This document shows positions 8,621 to 18,870 of a stretch of 64,000 nt of DNA, one piece after another (position 1 is the stretch's first letter; the number at the start of each line of letters is the position of its first letter). The notes below the pieces were generated by a model. It ran no database searches. It saw nothing but the letters and a program-made list of their open reading frames with translations, and had not been told where the DNA came from. A program made the translations under genes and the position numbers. This DNA is from Candidatus Iainarchaeum sp. (GTDB taxonomy: Archaea; Iainarchaeota; Iainarchaeia; Iainarchaeales; 1-14-0-10-31-34). Location: the NCBI GenBank assembly GCA_017609625.1, contig JAFCDN010000010.1, positions 9,153-73,152 of the forward strand, read 5' to 3'.

Positions 8621-10374
8621 TAAACTACCTTCCTTAACCAGTTTAAATTCTGGGAAAACAATTCTCTTACGTCATTTAACCCTAGCTTAAACATTGCAAG
8701 CCTGTCAATTCCCAAGCCCCAGGCAAGGGCTTTTCCTTTTATTCCAAGATTTTCTGTAATCTCTGCTCTGAAAATTCCTGCTCCGCCAAATTCAACCCAT
8801 CCAAGTTTTGGATGCAATGCATTCAACTGAACACTTGGCTCGGTAAAAGGATAATAATCGGGCAAAAACTTTACTTTTTTTGCTCCAGCAATTTCTATTG
8901 CAAATCCTTTCAATAATCCTAATAATTTTCTGAAAGTAAAATCTTCTCCTACGACAAAACCTTCAAGCTGATTAAATTCAATCAAGTGTGTTGTATCAAC
9001 TACATCTGGACGGAAGCATCTTGCAGTAGTAAAATATTTTCCTGGAACTTCAACTCCTTTAACAAATTGCCTTGCAGAATGAGCTGTTCCATGAGCTGAA
9101 GGCATTAATTGAGAAGCTATTCTTGTATTCCATTTATATCTCCATCCTTTTGATTTTGCTTTTCCTCCATTTTCATGCGCTGATTTTACTGCAGAAACAA
9201 TTTTTTTGTCTGGAAGCTTTCCATATTCTGGTTTTTTTAGTCTATAAGTGTCAGTCCAAGTCCTTGCCGGATGGTTTTGCGGCTGAAATAATACATCAAA
9301 GTTGTAAAATTCTTGTGTAATCAAAGGATTTTCCATTTCTTTAAATCCTAAGTTAACTAACCTTTGCTTTACTTCATCCTGAAACTTAAAATAAGGCTGT
9401 TTTTTTCCAGGAAAAACTGCTTCAACCGGATCCATAATATTGTATTTTCTTTCCCCTGTTTTTCCGAGAACAGAAACTGCTTCAAGGCCTTTTTGTGTAA
9501 CCTGAATAAATTCATTTCCTTTTTCTTTGTGCTTCAGAAACCTTTTTCTAAAACCAAGAAATTTCAAAACAGATTTTTCTTTTTCACTCAAAGAGCTTTC
9601 TTCTATTTCTTTTTCACTGAGTTTTTCCAGCATTAATTCTTCTTCTGTTTTTTTCTCTAAAAATTCTTTTCCTTTTCCTGTTCTCTTAATCAACAGCTCT
9701 TTTTCTTTTTTTAATTCAACCAATCCTTTCTTTTTTGCATTTCCTAAAGCAATGTTTATTTCCTGTTTTTGAATTGTTTTTATTTCAGAAATTTTTTTCC
9801 ATTCTATTCCAAGTTCTTTCAAAAAATTCTTTTCCGGCAGCCCTTTCTTTAATGCATTTGCTCCTTCTTCTCCTAAAGAAACAAAAACAGATTTTTGAAT
9901 CCTTGCTTTTCCCAGTCCTTTTTCATTCAGCCACTGAATGCTTCTTCTGGCAGAATCCAAATCAATTCCTGCGTTCTCTGAGAGTTCCTGAACGCTTAAT
10001 TCTTTTTTTTCTATTGCAATTGCTTTTAATGCATTTCTTTCAATTTCGCTTAACTCTGAAACAATTTTTTCTGTCTGCTCATCTAATTTAATTTCTCCCA
10101 TTTCAGCTTCTTTTTTTATTTCTTCCATTTTTTCAACTTTTATTTCTTTTTCTTGGCCAGTGATTTGAATCCATTCAACTTTTCCTTCTTCATTCAGCCT
10201 GATTTTTTTTGCCTCTATAAGATGTTCTAAAACAGTTGCAAAAGTCTGGTACATCATTTTTTTCGGCAGTTTTTTCCATAACTCTGTTTTACTGAGATTT
10301 TCTTTGCTTTTTTTGATGGTTTTTTCAACCATTGCAACTGTATCCAGTCTTGGAGAATGAATTTTTTGAACCAT
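8620..10374 (-). CDS. pheS: Phenylalanine--tRNA ligase alpha subunit (archaeal type, with N-terminal wH repeats)
   Basis: Class II aaRS motifs FRPDVVDTTHLIEFNQLEGFVVGEDF and GLGIDRLAMF, and SAHGTAHSARQF. Confidence 0.9.
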   Translation of the reverse strand: MVQKIHSPRLDTVAMVEKTIKKSKENLSKTELWKKLPKKMMYQTFATVLEHLIEAKKIRLNEEGKVEWIQITGQEKEIKVEKMEEIKKEAEMGEIKLDEQTEKIVSELSEIERNALKAIAIEKKELSVQELSENAGIDLDSARRSIQWLNEKGLGKARIQKSVFVSLGEEGANALKKGLPEKNFLKELGIEWKKISEIKTIQKQEINIALGNAKKKGLVELKKEKELLIKRTGKGKEFLEKKTEEELMLEKLSEKEIEESSLSEKEKSVLKFLGFRKRFLKHKEKGNEFIQVTQKGLEAVSVLGKTGERKYNIMDPVEAVFPGKKQPYFKFQDEVKQRLVNLGFKEMENPLITQEFYNFDVLFQPQNHPARTWTDTYRLKKPEYGKLPDKKIVSAVKSAHENGGKAKSKGWRYKWNTRIASQLMPSAHGTAHSARQFVKGVEVPGKYFTTARCFRPDVVDTTHLIEFNQLEGFVVGEDFTFRKLLGLLKGFAIEIAGAKKVKFLPDYYPFTEPSVQLNALHPKLGWVEFGGAGIFRAEITENLGIKGKALAWGLGIDRLAMFKLGLNDVRELFSQNLNWLRKVV

Positions 10375-10436
10375 AAAAATCGATTATATAAATTTATATA
10401 ATAAGGTTTTTATATGTTTGCCTTTACTTTTCTTTA

Positions 10437-10814
10437 ATGCAAAAGTTTGTAATGGATTCTGCAGTTATTCTAAACAACTTTAATTTCTCTTTTTCTGAAA
10501 ATGAAGTGTATTTCACTACAAATGAAATTCTGGTTGAAATAATTGACCTTAGGTCAAGACAGCTGGTTGAAACCGGCTTAAAGCAAGGCAAAATTAAAAT
10601 TAAAGAGCCTTCAAAAAAATCTCTTTTTGTTGCAAAAAAAGCTGCAAAGGAATTAAACATTTTTCACAAACTTTCTCCAGCAGATTTTTCAATTCTTGCC
10701 CTTGCTTTAGAAATAAAACTTCCTTTGCTTTCTGACGACTATCAAATCCAAAAAGTCTGCTTAAAGCTTGAATTAGATTTTGAGCCTGTTTTCAGGGAAA
10801 AGATTAAAGAGTAA
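10437..10814 (+). CDS. PIN-domain protein (putative ribonuclease)
   Basis: N-terminal VMDSAVIL (first acidic residue) and C-terminal SPADFSILALALEIKLPLLSDDYQI (conserved D/T-D-D region), in a 125-aa protein. Confidence 0.5.
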   Translation: MQKFVMDSAVILNNFNFSFSENEVYFTTNEILVEIIDLRSRQLVETGLKQGKIKIKEPSKKSLFVAKKAAKELNIFHKLSPADFSILALALEIKLPLLSDDYQIQKVCLKLELDFEPVFREKIKE

Positions 10815-10816
10815 AA

Positions 10817-11155
10817 TTAGCGTGGTCTTTTTCTTACTGGTTTCCCTATTTTAGGTTTAGACTTTTTTGGTCTGGAACGTCTATTGTTTTTAACATTTAG
10901 TCGTTTGCATAGTCTTGATATTTTTTCCAGTGGAAGCAATTCTCCAGGCTTTCCAGGTTTTCTTTCCCGCCATTTTTTGTATCCTTCCCAACCAAGATTA
11001 TAAACATGAAATAGTTCCCTGCCTTCTTGCTGGTTAATACCAGAAAGTTTTGTGTTTAAATCTGCTCTAAACTCTGCTAGTCTAATAAAAAAAGCTTTAG
11101 TGGAATCAAATACAGGAATTCCTTTTCCCCTTCCATAAGGACGAAATTTTGTCAT
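10817..11155 (-). CDS. Hypothetical protein with a very basic C-terminal tail
   Basis: ORF MTKFRPYGRGKGIPVF...YNLGWEGYKKW... ending RRSRPKKSKPKIGKPVRKRPR. No family recognised. Confidence 0.3.
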   Translation of the reverse strand: MTKFRPYGRGKGIPVFDSTKAFFIRLAEFRADLNTKLSGINQQEGRELFHVYNLGWEGYKKWRERKPGKPGELLPLEKISRLCKRLNVKNNRRSRPKKSKPKIGKPVRKRPR

Positions 11156-11228
11156 TCTTCTCAGTATATATTAATCGTCAACCTACTATTTAAGCAATTT
11201 GTTTTATTTCTTCTTTTTTGTTTTCTTT

Positions 11229-12431
11229 TCATTTCTTGTTAAAAATTATTTCTATTACATCCCCTGATTTCAGTTTGTGTTCTTTTCCAATCATCTGTTC
11301 TGTTTTTCTGTCAACTGCTCGAATGAAATTTTCTCCAATGTCTGTATGAAGTTTGAAAGCCAAATCCAGTGCATTAGAACCTTCTGGCAAAAGCAGACAA
11401 TCTGGCAAAACATCACCGTCTTCATTTGTTAATTTTTTTGTTGCAACAGGAAAAACAGGAATGAACTTAAGAAGTTCAAACACTGCCTTATCTAATATTT
11501 CTTGTACGCCTGTTGAACCAAACTTTTCCAGAACATTTTTTTGAATATACCCCAAACCTTTTTCCTGCTTTTCATTTAACTCTTTTACTTTTTTGAATTC
11601 TTTTTCTCCTGCAATATACTCTAAACTTTTTTCTTTTGCTGCTTTCTTTAAGGTCAGTTCACTTACTGCAGAGCATGGAACAATAATTTTTTCCGGAAAC
11701 TTTTTCCTTAATTTTTCAATCTGTTCTTCTGAAGCAATGTCTGCTTTGTTTGCTGCAATAATCATTGGCTTGCTTTCTTCTCTAACGGCTTTAGAGAAAG
11801 CTTCAAAGTTCTCTTCATTCCATTCAATAAAAGTTTTTTTCCATAATCCAAGTTTTGATACCGCCTTGTCTATCTGTAATGCGTTTGCTCCAATTCCGCT
11901 TAGATTTTGTGCCATTACTTCCAGTTTTTTATTTTTTTCTTTTGCTGGAATCTTTGCAAATTTGCTCCAGTTTTTTTTGATTATCCCCAGAAACCATAAT
12001 TCAATTTCTTTTTCCAGAAACAAAATATCTTCTTCTGGATTAAAACTTCCTTTTTCCGCCGGCTCTCCTTTTTCATTTGTGCTTCCAGACAAATCAATTA
12101 CATGAATTAAAATATCAGCCTGTCTTAAATCATCTAAAAATTTATTGCCTAATCCTTTTCCTTCTGATGCTCCAGGAACTAATCCTGCAACATCAATTAA
12201 TTCCACTCCGACAAATCTTGTCCCATTAATGCAGTATCCTGTTTTTGGATTGCATTTTACATTGAATTCTTTTTCTGCACACTCTACTCTTACAAAACCC
12301 ATTCCTTTATTTGCCTCTATTGTAGTAAAAGGATAATTTTGTATTTCCACGTCAACCAGTGTTGCTGCGGAAAAAAAAGTGCTTTTTCCCACATTAGGCT
12401 TTCCTACTACGCCAATCTGCATGTAAATCAA
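11229..12431 (-). CDS. Obg-like GTPase/ATPase of the YchF/OLA1 family (G domain plus C-terminal TGS-like)
   Basis: G1 GVVGKPNVGKST, G2 YPFTTIEAN, DVAGLV, NKAD, and a C-terminal SGDVIEIIF beta-grasp region. Confidence 0.7.
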   Translation of the reverse strand: MIYMQIGVVGKPNVGKSTFFSAATLVDVEIQNYPFTTIEANKGMGFVRVECAEKEFNVKCNPKTGYCINGTRFVGVELIDVAGLVPGASEGKGLGNKFLDDLRQADILIHVIDLSGSTNEKGEPAEKGSFNPEEDILFLEKEIELWFLGIIKKNWSKFAKIPAKEKNKKLEVMAQNLSGIGANALQIDKAVSKLGLWKKTFIEWNEENFEAFSKAVREESKPMIIAANKADIASEEQIEKLRKKFPEKIIVPCSAVSELTLKKAAKEKSLEYIAGEKEFKKVKELNEKQEKGLGYIQKNVLEKFGSTGVQEILDKAVFELLKFIPVFPVATKKLTNEDGDVLPDCLLLPEGSNALDLAFKLHTDIGENFIRAVDRKTEQMIGKEHKLKSGDVIEIIFNKK

Positions 12432-12466
12432 ATAATCTTTTATGCACTAACTTATTTAATCATATT

Positions 12467-13861
12467 ATGGCAGAATTGTGGACTGAAAAGTTTTCTCCAA
12501 AAAATTTGGAGGAATTTATCGGCAATACTGATATAGTGCAGAAGTCTTTGCTTTGGAGCAAGGAATGGAACAAAAACAAACTGCAAAAACCGCTGCTTTT
12601 TTTCGGCCAGACCGGAGCAGGAAAAACAGCTTTAGCTTATCTTTTAGCAAAAATCAACGGCTGGAGTGTTTTTGAATTAAATGCAAGCGATTTCAGAAAC
12701 AAGGATGTAATTGAAAGAGTTGTTTCTGCTTCTGCAATGAATGCCTCTTTTTCTGGAGAAAAAAGATTAATCCTTTTGGATGAAATTGACGGCTTGAATT
12801 CTTATGATAGAGGGGCAGTTGGAGCAATAAACAAAATTATGAAAGAAACTCAGAATCCAGTAATCTTAACAGCAAACGAAGTCTATGGAAACAAAAAATT
12901 AGTTCCTTTGCGCAGCACAACAACTTTTATGCAGTTCAAAAAGATTAATTACCTTTCAATGGCTAAACGATTAAAAGAAATCTGCAAAAATGAAGAAATT
13001 GAATTTGAAGAAGATTCAATTGAACTGCTTTCAAAAAACTCTGCTGGAGATATGAGAAGCGCGTTAACTGATTTGCAAAACATTTGTTATAATAAAAAAG
13101 TTTCAAAAAAAGATGTAGAATCTTTAGGCTACAGGGAAAAACAAGAAGATGTTTTTAAGGTTTTGAGAAAAATTTTTACTGCAGAAAATTTTTCTGATGC
13201 AAGAAAAGCAAGGGTTTCTGCTGATGTGGATTCAGATTTTTTAATGAAATGGATTGAAGAAAACATTCCAAGGCACTTCAAAAGCGTTAATGAAATTTCA
13301 GATGCATTTGATGAATTAAGCAAAGCAGACATTTTTAAAGGGAGAATCCGGAAAAGACAGCATTATGGTTTCTTAAGATATAGCTCTGAATTAATGACTG
13401 TTGGGGTAAGTTTGGCAAAAGAAAAACCAGACAAAAGCTTTGTAATGTATCAGTTTCCTAAAGTTTTAAGCAAGCTAAGCAAAACAGTTTCAACAAGAGA
13501 AACAAAAAAATCTATTGCATCAAAAATGAATAAAGAAGTCCATGCTTCTTCTAAGGCAATTTTTTCTAAAGACATGCCTTTTATCAGACAAAGTTTTTCA
13601 AACAAGGATTTTGCAGTTGATTTTTCTGCAAGATTTGATTTAAATGAAAAAGAAATTGCCTTTCTTTTGAACACCAAACCTGAAACAAAAAAAGTGGCTT
13701 CAATTTTTGAGTCAGCCCAGATAAAGAAAAAATCCCTTTTTGCTGGAAGAAAACCTTTAGAGCCTGTAACAGAAAGCCTGCTAAAAGACATCCAAAAAGA
13801 AGAAAAGAAAACAGAACCAGAGAAAGAAAAACAATCTTCTTTAGGGCACTATTTTTCCTAA
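12467..13861 (+). CDS. rfcL: Replication factor C large subunit
   Basis: MAELWTEKFSPKNLEEFIGN...LLFFGQTGAGKTALAYLLA, Walker B LILLDEIDGL, a sensor region, and a long K/E-rich C-terminus typical of archaeal RfcL. Confidence 0.85.
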   Translation: MAELWTEKFSPKNLEEFIGNTDIVQKSLLWSKEWNKNKLQKPLLFFGQTGAGKTALAYLLAKINGWSVFELNASDFRNKDVIERVVSASAMNASFSGEKRLILLDEIDGLNSYDRGAVGAINKIMKETQNPVILTANEVYGNKKLVPLRSTTTFMQFKKINYLSMAKRLKEICKNEEIEFEEDSIELLSKNSAGDMRSALTDLQNICYNKKVSKKDVESLGYREKQEDVFKVLRKIFTAENFSDARKARVSADVDSDFLMKWIEENIPRHFKSVNEISDAFDELSKADIFKGRIRKRQHYGFLRYSSELMTVGVSLAKEKPDKSFVMYQFPKVLSKLSKTVSTRETKKSIASKMNKEVHASSKAIFSKDMPFIRQSFSNKDFAVDFSARFDLNEKEIAFLLNTKPETKKVASIFESAQIKKKSLFAGRKPLEPVTESLLKDIQKEEKKTEPEKEKQSSLGHYFS

Positions 13862-15159
13862 CCTTCAATTTCTATTTCAGTTTTTTCTGCTTCTTCTATT
13901 TTTGAATTTTTCAGAATAAAGTTTTCTATTTTGCCGCCTATAGAATCTCTTTTTACATAAAGAACTAACCCAACAACAACCAAAACAACAAACAGAACAG
14001 TTAGTGTTTCTTTGTTGGATAAAATTCCCTGAATTGCTGCAGAAAGATTAAATGTAGGCGCGATGTTTTCTTTTATTAAGTAAACAACATTTATTTTGCT
14101 TGTTGTTTTGTATCCTTCCCACAAGATTTTTCCTTTTTTAATTTCCATGTCGCTTTGAAGTATTTCTGCATTTGCAGGCAAAGTAATTTCCAGCAGAGTG
14201 TTTTCAGGAAGGATTATTACTCCTCCAAAAACCATTGGAGTCAGCTTTTTTGAATTAAAAACCCATTCAACAAACCTTCCGCTTTTTTCTTTTTGTTCAA
14301 TAAAAATCGGACTCTCATTTTCATAGATAATGTTCAAAAAACTGTTTTCTAATCCGTCTTCAACAAATTCCACTGAAGCGTTTTTTGTGTCAAAATCGTT
14401 TTCTGCTATATGGACAAAAATCCTGTTGTCAAAAGTATTCCAGCTCAACAGGCTTGAACCGTTTTTTTGTGCGTTTTCAACAAAAAATTCCAGTTCTTCC
14501 TGGCTTTTGAACTTAAATAAATATTTTTCTGAAACAACCCCAAAACCGTTTTTCTGAACTTCGATTTCAATTATTGTTTCTTTTATTTCAATTGGTTCAG
14601 GAGTTTTATCCATAGAAAAAGTCAATGCAAGCTTGTTTGTTATTATTGGCCCGGTCCATTCCACTGTATTTGAAAAAACCCTTGCTGTTGGAACAACTTC
14701 TTTTACTTTTGTTTCCCTTGGAACAACAAACCTTAAAGAAAAGTTTTCCGGGAAAATAATTTCCTCGTCTGATTTCAGAAAAGAAAATTTTGCTTCTGAC
14801 AGTGAAAATTCAGTTGAAGTTATTTTTTCATTTATTAAAAAAAGAGAGTCAGAAAGATAACTGGTTTTTATTATTTTGTTTTCTCCCTGTTCTTCAAAAG
14901 AAATTACAGCCTCTTTTTTTTCAAGTTTTGGTATGATTTCAACAAACTCTTTTACTATTTCGGCTGAAATATTTTCTTCTATTTTTTCTTTGAAAGAATT
15001 ATATTCGTTTTGGTCTGAAAAAGAAATAAAATATGTTTCTTCAATCAGAGAGTTTCCTTCGCTGTCAACAATAACATTTATGCTTGTCTCATCTATTTTT
15101 GCACTAAAACTAAATGAAACTAAAAAAACAAAGAAAACTAGCCAAACTGTTTTTTTCAT
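13858..15159 (-). CDS. Secreted/surface protein with an N-terminal signal peptide and a C-terminal TM anchor (hypothetical)
   Basis: N-terminus MKKTVWLVFFVFLVSFSFSA. C-terminal TLTVLFVVLVVVGLVLYV followed by a KR tail. Confidence 0.35.
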   Translation of the reverse strand: MKKTVWLVFFVFLVSFSFSAKIDETSINVIVDSEGNSLIEETYFISFSDQNEYNSFKEKIEENISAEIVKEFVEIIPKLEKKEAVISFEEQGENKIIKTSYLSDSLFLINEKITSTEFSLSEAKFSFLKSDEEIIFPENFSLRFVVPRETKVKEVVPTARVFSNTVEWTGPIITNKLALTFSMDKTPEPIEIKETIIEIEVQKNGFGVVSEKYLFKFKSQEELEFFVENAQKNGSSLLSWNTFDNRIFVHIAENDFDTKNASVEFVEDGLENSFLNIIYENESPIFIEQKEKSGRFVEWVFNSKKLTPMVFGGVIILPENTLLEITLPANAEILQSDMEIKKGKILWEGYKTTSKINVVYLIKENIAPTFNLSAAIQGILSNKETLTVLFVVLVVVGLVLYVKRDSIGGKIENFILKNSKIEEAEKTEIEIEG

Positions 15160-15271
15160 AAAAAACCTATTACTTTATTGAAGAAAGGCTATTTATTGCT
15201 TACTTTTTTCTGTTTTTTTCAGTGACTAATAGTACTGATTTATATTTAACAATTACCTATTCATTGCTGGT

Positions 15272-15964
15272 GTGAGATTGGTTGAAATAACTTTTTTTGG
15301 GCATTCATTTTTTAAAGTAAATTTTGAAGGCACAAAAGTTTTGTTTGACCCTTTTATTAACAATACTTGTTCAGACGCTGCATTTAAAAGAATTCTTCCC
15401 TGCACAGCAAAAAAATGCCATTTAAATGACATTGACATGATTCTTGTTTCGCACGAACACTTTGACCATTTTGATAAGAAAACAATTGAATGTTTAGTTA
15501 AACAAAACAATTGTTTTGTTTTGTCTCATGACAGCATATTAAATAAATTAGAAATAGAAAAGCGTTTTCTGTTTCCTTTATCTCTTGATCAGAAAATAAA
15601 TCTAAGAAACTTAACAATAGAATGTGTTACTGCGCATCACCCTGAATCATTTTATCCTGTTGGCTTTATTGTTTCTTCAAAAGGAAAAAGCGTTTATTTT
15701 TCCGGAGACACTTCTTTGATTGATGCTTTCTCTAAAATAAAAGCAGATGTTGCACTGCTTCCGATTGGCGGGACTTATACAATGGACTGCGTTGACGGAG
15801 TCAAGGCAACAAAATTAATGAAACCAAAATATGTTATTCCGATGCATTACAATACTTTTGAAATGATTAAAGCAGACCCAAACGAATTCAAAAGAAAAAT
15901 AGAAAAAAGCGTTTTAACAACCCAGCCAATTTTATTAAAGCCCGGAGAAACATTCAAGTTTTAA
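15272..15964 (+). CDS. Metallo-beta-lactamase-fold metal-dependent hydrolase (UPF0173-like)
   Basis: ITFFGHSFFKV...ILVSHEHFDHFD (HxHxDH motif), then downstream His/Asp ligands. Confidence 0.75.
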   Translation: MRLVEITFFGHSFFKVNFEGTKVLFDPFINNTCSDAAFKRILPCTAKKCHLNDIDMILVSHEHFDHFDKKTIECLVKQNNCFVLSHDSILNKLEIEKRFLFPLSLDQKINLRNLTIECVTAHHPESFYPVGFIVSSKGKSVYFSGDTSLIDAFSKIKADVALLPIGGTYTMDCVDGVKATKLMKPKYVIPMHYNTFEMIKADPNEFKRKIEKSVLTTQPILLKPGETFKF

Positions 15965-16652
15965 TCTCTTTTTCTGCTTTTTCCAGTTCTTTTATTGTTC
16001 CTACATCAAAAAATTTTCCTTTAACAGGAATCCAAAAAACCTTGTCTTTTTCTGCCAGCAGTTTGATTGCATCAGTCAGCTCTAATTCATTTCTTTTGCT
16101 GAAAGAAATTTTTTCTATCGCAGAAAAAATTTCAGGAGTAAATCTGTAAATCCCGCAGTTCACCAACTTTTTTTCAGTTCCTTTTTTTTCTTCTGAAGGT
16201 TTTTCAATTAAATCAATTACTTTTTCACCTTTTGTTTTGACCAGCCCGAAATTTTCTGCATTTTTTACTTTTCTTAATACAAGCACATTGTCTTTTTTTT
16301 CTTTCAGTGTTTCAATCAATGTGCTTTTAAAAATCAAATCCCCGTTTACCTGTAAAAAATCTTCCTTCAAAAAATCTTTCACGCAAAGTAGTGCATGGGC
16401 AGTTCCTTTTTGTTCTTTCTGCTCAACGAACTGAATTTTCACGCCGTTAAATTCTTCTCCAAATTTTTCAATAATTTTTTCCTGTAAAAATCCTGCAACA
16501 ATTATAACTTCTTGTATTCCTGCTTTTTCCAGCTCTTCCAACTGCCTTTCAAAAAAGCTTTTTCCTTTAACTTCAACCAAAACTTTTGGAGTGTTTTCGG
16601 TTAAAGGCTTCATTCTTAAGCCTTTCCCTGCTGCCAGAATAACTGCTTTCAT
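15954..16652 (-). CDS. Sugar-phosphate nucleotidyltransferase (glucose-1-phosphate thymidylyl/uridylyltransferase-like)
   Basis: N-terminus MKAVILAAGKGLRMKPLTENTPKVLV (G-x-G-T-R-x-x-P-x-T-x-x-x-PK NTP-transferase signature). Confidence 0.75.
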   Translation of the reverse strand: MKAVILAAGKGLRMKPLTENTPKVLVEVKGKSFFERQLEELEKAGIQEVIIVAGFLQEKIIEKFGEEFNGVKIQFVEQKEQKGTAHALLCVKDFLKEDFLQVNGDLIFKSTLIETLKEKKDNVLVLRKVKNAENFGLVKTKGEKVIDLIEKPSEEKKGTEKKLVNCGIYRFTPEIFSAIEKISFSKRNELELTDAIKLLAEKDKVFWIPVKGKFFDVGTIKELEKAEKEIKT

Positions 16653-16714
16653 TTAAATCAAGAATCCACAATACTTTTTTTAAATCAACGCACCAAATTT
16701 TTTTTAGGGATTAA

Positions 16715-17617
16715 ATGAAAGACGTAATAATAATCGGAGGTTCAGCTGCAGGAGCCACTGCAGGAATCTATTGTGCAAGAAGCGGGCTGAAAACAATGCT
16801 TTTAACAAAAGATTTTGGCGGCCAGCTTTTGCTTACAGAAAATATTGAAAACTACACTGGATTCAAAAGTATTTTTGGCTTTGATTTGGCAATGAAATTC
16901 AAAGAGCATTTAACTTCTTATAAAGAAATTGAAGCAGAAGATGGGGTTGAAGTAACTGGAATAGAAAAAAAAGGGGAAAACTTTCTGGTTAAAACAAAAA
17001 ACAAGGAATTTGAATCAAAAGCAGTAATTATTGCTACAGGAAAAAGGCCGAAAAAAATACAAGTTAAGGGCGCAGAAAAATTAGAGCATAAAGGAATCCA
17101 TTACTGTGCAGTATGTGACGGCCCTTTGTATAAAGGAAAAACTGTTGTAGTGATTGGAGGAGGCTATTCTGGAATAGAAGAAGCATTGTTTTTGAGCAAT
17201 ATAGTAGAAAAAGTTTTTATTCTGGAATACGGCAAAGAATTAGGCGGAGAAGAAATCACAAGAAAACAGCTTTTAGAGAAAAAAAACATTGAAGTTCTCA
17301 CAGAAGTTGAAGTAACAGAAATTTCAGGGGAAAAAACAGTTGAAGGATTAAAGTTTAAAGGAAAAGAAGGTGAAAAAGAAATTAAAGTTCAGGCAGTTTT
17401 TGTTAATATTGGTGAAATTCCAAATTCAGATTTTATTGATTTAGTTGAAAAAACCGAATCCAATGAAATAAAAATAAATGAAAAAAACGAAACAAGCGTT
17501 AAAGGGATTTTTGCTGCAGGAGATGTTTCAAATATTCCAGTGCGTCAACTGATTGTTGCTGCAGCAGAAGGATGCAAAACAGCAATTTATGCAAACCAAT
17601 ATATTCGAGAAAAATAA
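16715..17617 (+). CDS. trxB: Thioredoxin-disulfide reductase
   Basis: FAD site VIIIGGSAAGATAG, redox-active CAVCD, NAD(P) site VVVIGGGYSG, and C-terminal FAAGDV. Confidence 0.85.
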   Translation: MKDVIIIGGSAAGATAGIYCARSGLKTMLLTKDFGGQLLLTENIENYTGFKSIFGFDLAMKFKEHLTSYKEIEAEDGVEVTGIEKKGENFLVKTKNKEFESKAVIIATGKRPKKIQVKGAEKLEHKGIHYCAVCDGPLYKGKTVVVIGGGYSGIEEALFLSNIVEKVFILEYGKELGGEEITRKQLLEKKNIEVLTEVEVTEISGEKTVEGLKFKGKEGEKEIKVQAVFVNIGEIPNSDFIDLVEKTESNEIKINEKNETSVKGIFAAGDVSNIPVRQLIVAAAEGCKTAIYANQYIREK

Positions 17618-17631
17618 CCAGAGGAAATTTT

Positions 17632-18870
17632 ATGGATTCAAAATTTGATGTTATTGTAGTTGGTGCAGGGCCATCAGGAAGCACTTGCGCCTCTTTTCTG
17701 GCAAAAGGAAACGCAAGAGTTTTGCTTTTGGATAAAGCAGTTTTTCCCCGCGACAAAACCTGTGGTGATGCAATAAGCGGAAAATCCTTGAAAGTGTTAA
17801 GAGAATTGGGCTGGGAAAAAGGAGTGGAAAAATTAGAGCACGGAAAAGTTTTTGGGATAACATTTTCTTCTCCTAATGGAACAACAATAAAAATTCCTTT
17901 CCCTAAGAAAGCAGAAAAAGGTTCTTATGCGGCAGAAGGCGGAAAAGGTTATGCTTTGAAAAGAGAAGTCTATGATAACTTTCTCTTCCAAAATACAAAA
18001 AAACTTTGCAGCACAATTGAAGGGTTTACTGTAACCGATTTATTAAAAGACGGGAAAAGAGTTTTTGGAGTAAAAGGAACTGATTCAAAAGGAAACCAAA
18101 AAGAATTCAAGGCAAAAATTATTGTTGGAGCAGACGGTTCCACTTCAACTGTTGCAACAAAACTCGGACTAAACAAGATTGATGTTAATCATCATATTAC
18201 TGCTTTAAGGCTTTATTATAAAGGAGTAAAAAACTGTGATGAAAAAATTGAAATCCATTTCATTAATTCGATGCTGCCGGGCTATTTTTGGATTTTCCCT
18301 ATAGGAAACAATTTGGTGAATGTCGGTGCAGGAATTATCACAAAAGATTTGAAAAACAAAAAAATCAATCTGCAGAAATCAATGTTTAATGCAATAGAAA
18401 AAGATGAATTATTCAAAGAACGATTCAAAAATGCAGAAAAAGTTTCTGAAGTTAAAGGCTGGACTCTTCCTTTAGGAAGTACGCATAGAAAAGCACATGG
18501 AAATGGTTTTGTTTTATTAGGAGATGCAGCTTCTTTAATTGACCCTTTTAGCGGAGAAGGAGTTGGAAATGCAATGACTAGTGCAAAATTTGCTTCGCAA
18601 ACAATCCTCAAAGCTTTAAAGGAAAAAAATTATTCGGCTGAATTTCTGAAAGAATATGAAGAAAATCTCTGGAATGAAATTGGTCAGGAATTAAAAACAA
18701 GCTATCTTTTGCAGAGAATTGGAAGAATTAAATTTCTTTTGAATTTTATTATAGGCAAGGCTGAAAGAAAAAAAGAAGTGCAGGAAGTGATTTCCGGAAT
18801 GCTTGCAAATGAGGAATCAAAAAAAGAATTTGTTTCGCCTTGGTTTTATTTAAAACTTTTATTCACTTAA
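17632..18870 (+). CDS. Geranylgeranyl reductase family flavoprotein (digeranylgeranylglycerophospholipid reductase-like)
   Basis: FDVIVVGAGPSGSTCASFLAKGNARVLLLDKAVFPRDKTCGDAIS. The likely true start is 17632, after GAGGA; the track start 17572 would overlap trxB. Confidence 0.8.
   Translation: MDSKFDVIVVGAGPSGSTCASFLAKGNARVLLLDKAVFPRDKTCGDAISGKSLKVLRELGWEKGVEKLEHGKVFGITFSSPNGTTIKIPFPKKAEKGSYAAEGGKGYALKREVYDNFLFQNTKKLCSTIEGFTVTDLLKDGKRVFGVKGTDSKGNQKEFKAKIIVGADGSTSTVATKLGLNKIDVNHHITALRLYYKGVKNCDEKIEIHFINSMLPGYFWIFPIGNNLVNVGAGIITKDLKNKKINLQKSMFNAIEKDELFKERFKNAEKVSEVKGWTLPLGSTHRKAHGNGFVLLGDAASLIDPFSGEGVGNAMTSAKFASQTILKALKEKNYSAEFLKEYEENLWNEIGQELKTSYLLQRIGRIKFLLNFIIGKAERKKEVQEVISGMLANEESKKEFVSPWFYLKLLFT

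Noticed and set aside
9072-10091. Several 80-120-aa plus-strand ORFs inside pheS
   Set aside because: They are antisense to a gene with unambiguous class II aaRS motifs. They have F/L/S-rich low-complexity composition typical of antisense frames in AT-rich DNA.
12339-12536. 65-aa plus-strand ORF bridging the GTPase start and the rfcL start
   Set aside because: It overlaps two confidently called genes and has no motif. It is probably spurious.
17572-17631. Upstream start for the geranylgeranyl reductase, overlapping trxB by 46 nt
   Set aside because: An internal ATG at 17632 is preceded by GAGGA, and the protein then begins directly with the FAD-binding fingerprint. The longer N-terminus (MQNSNLCKPIYSRKITRGNF) has no counterpart in the family.
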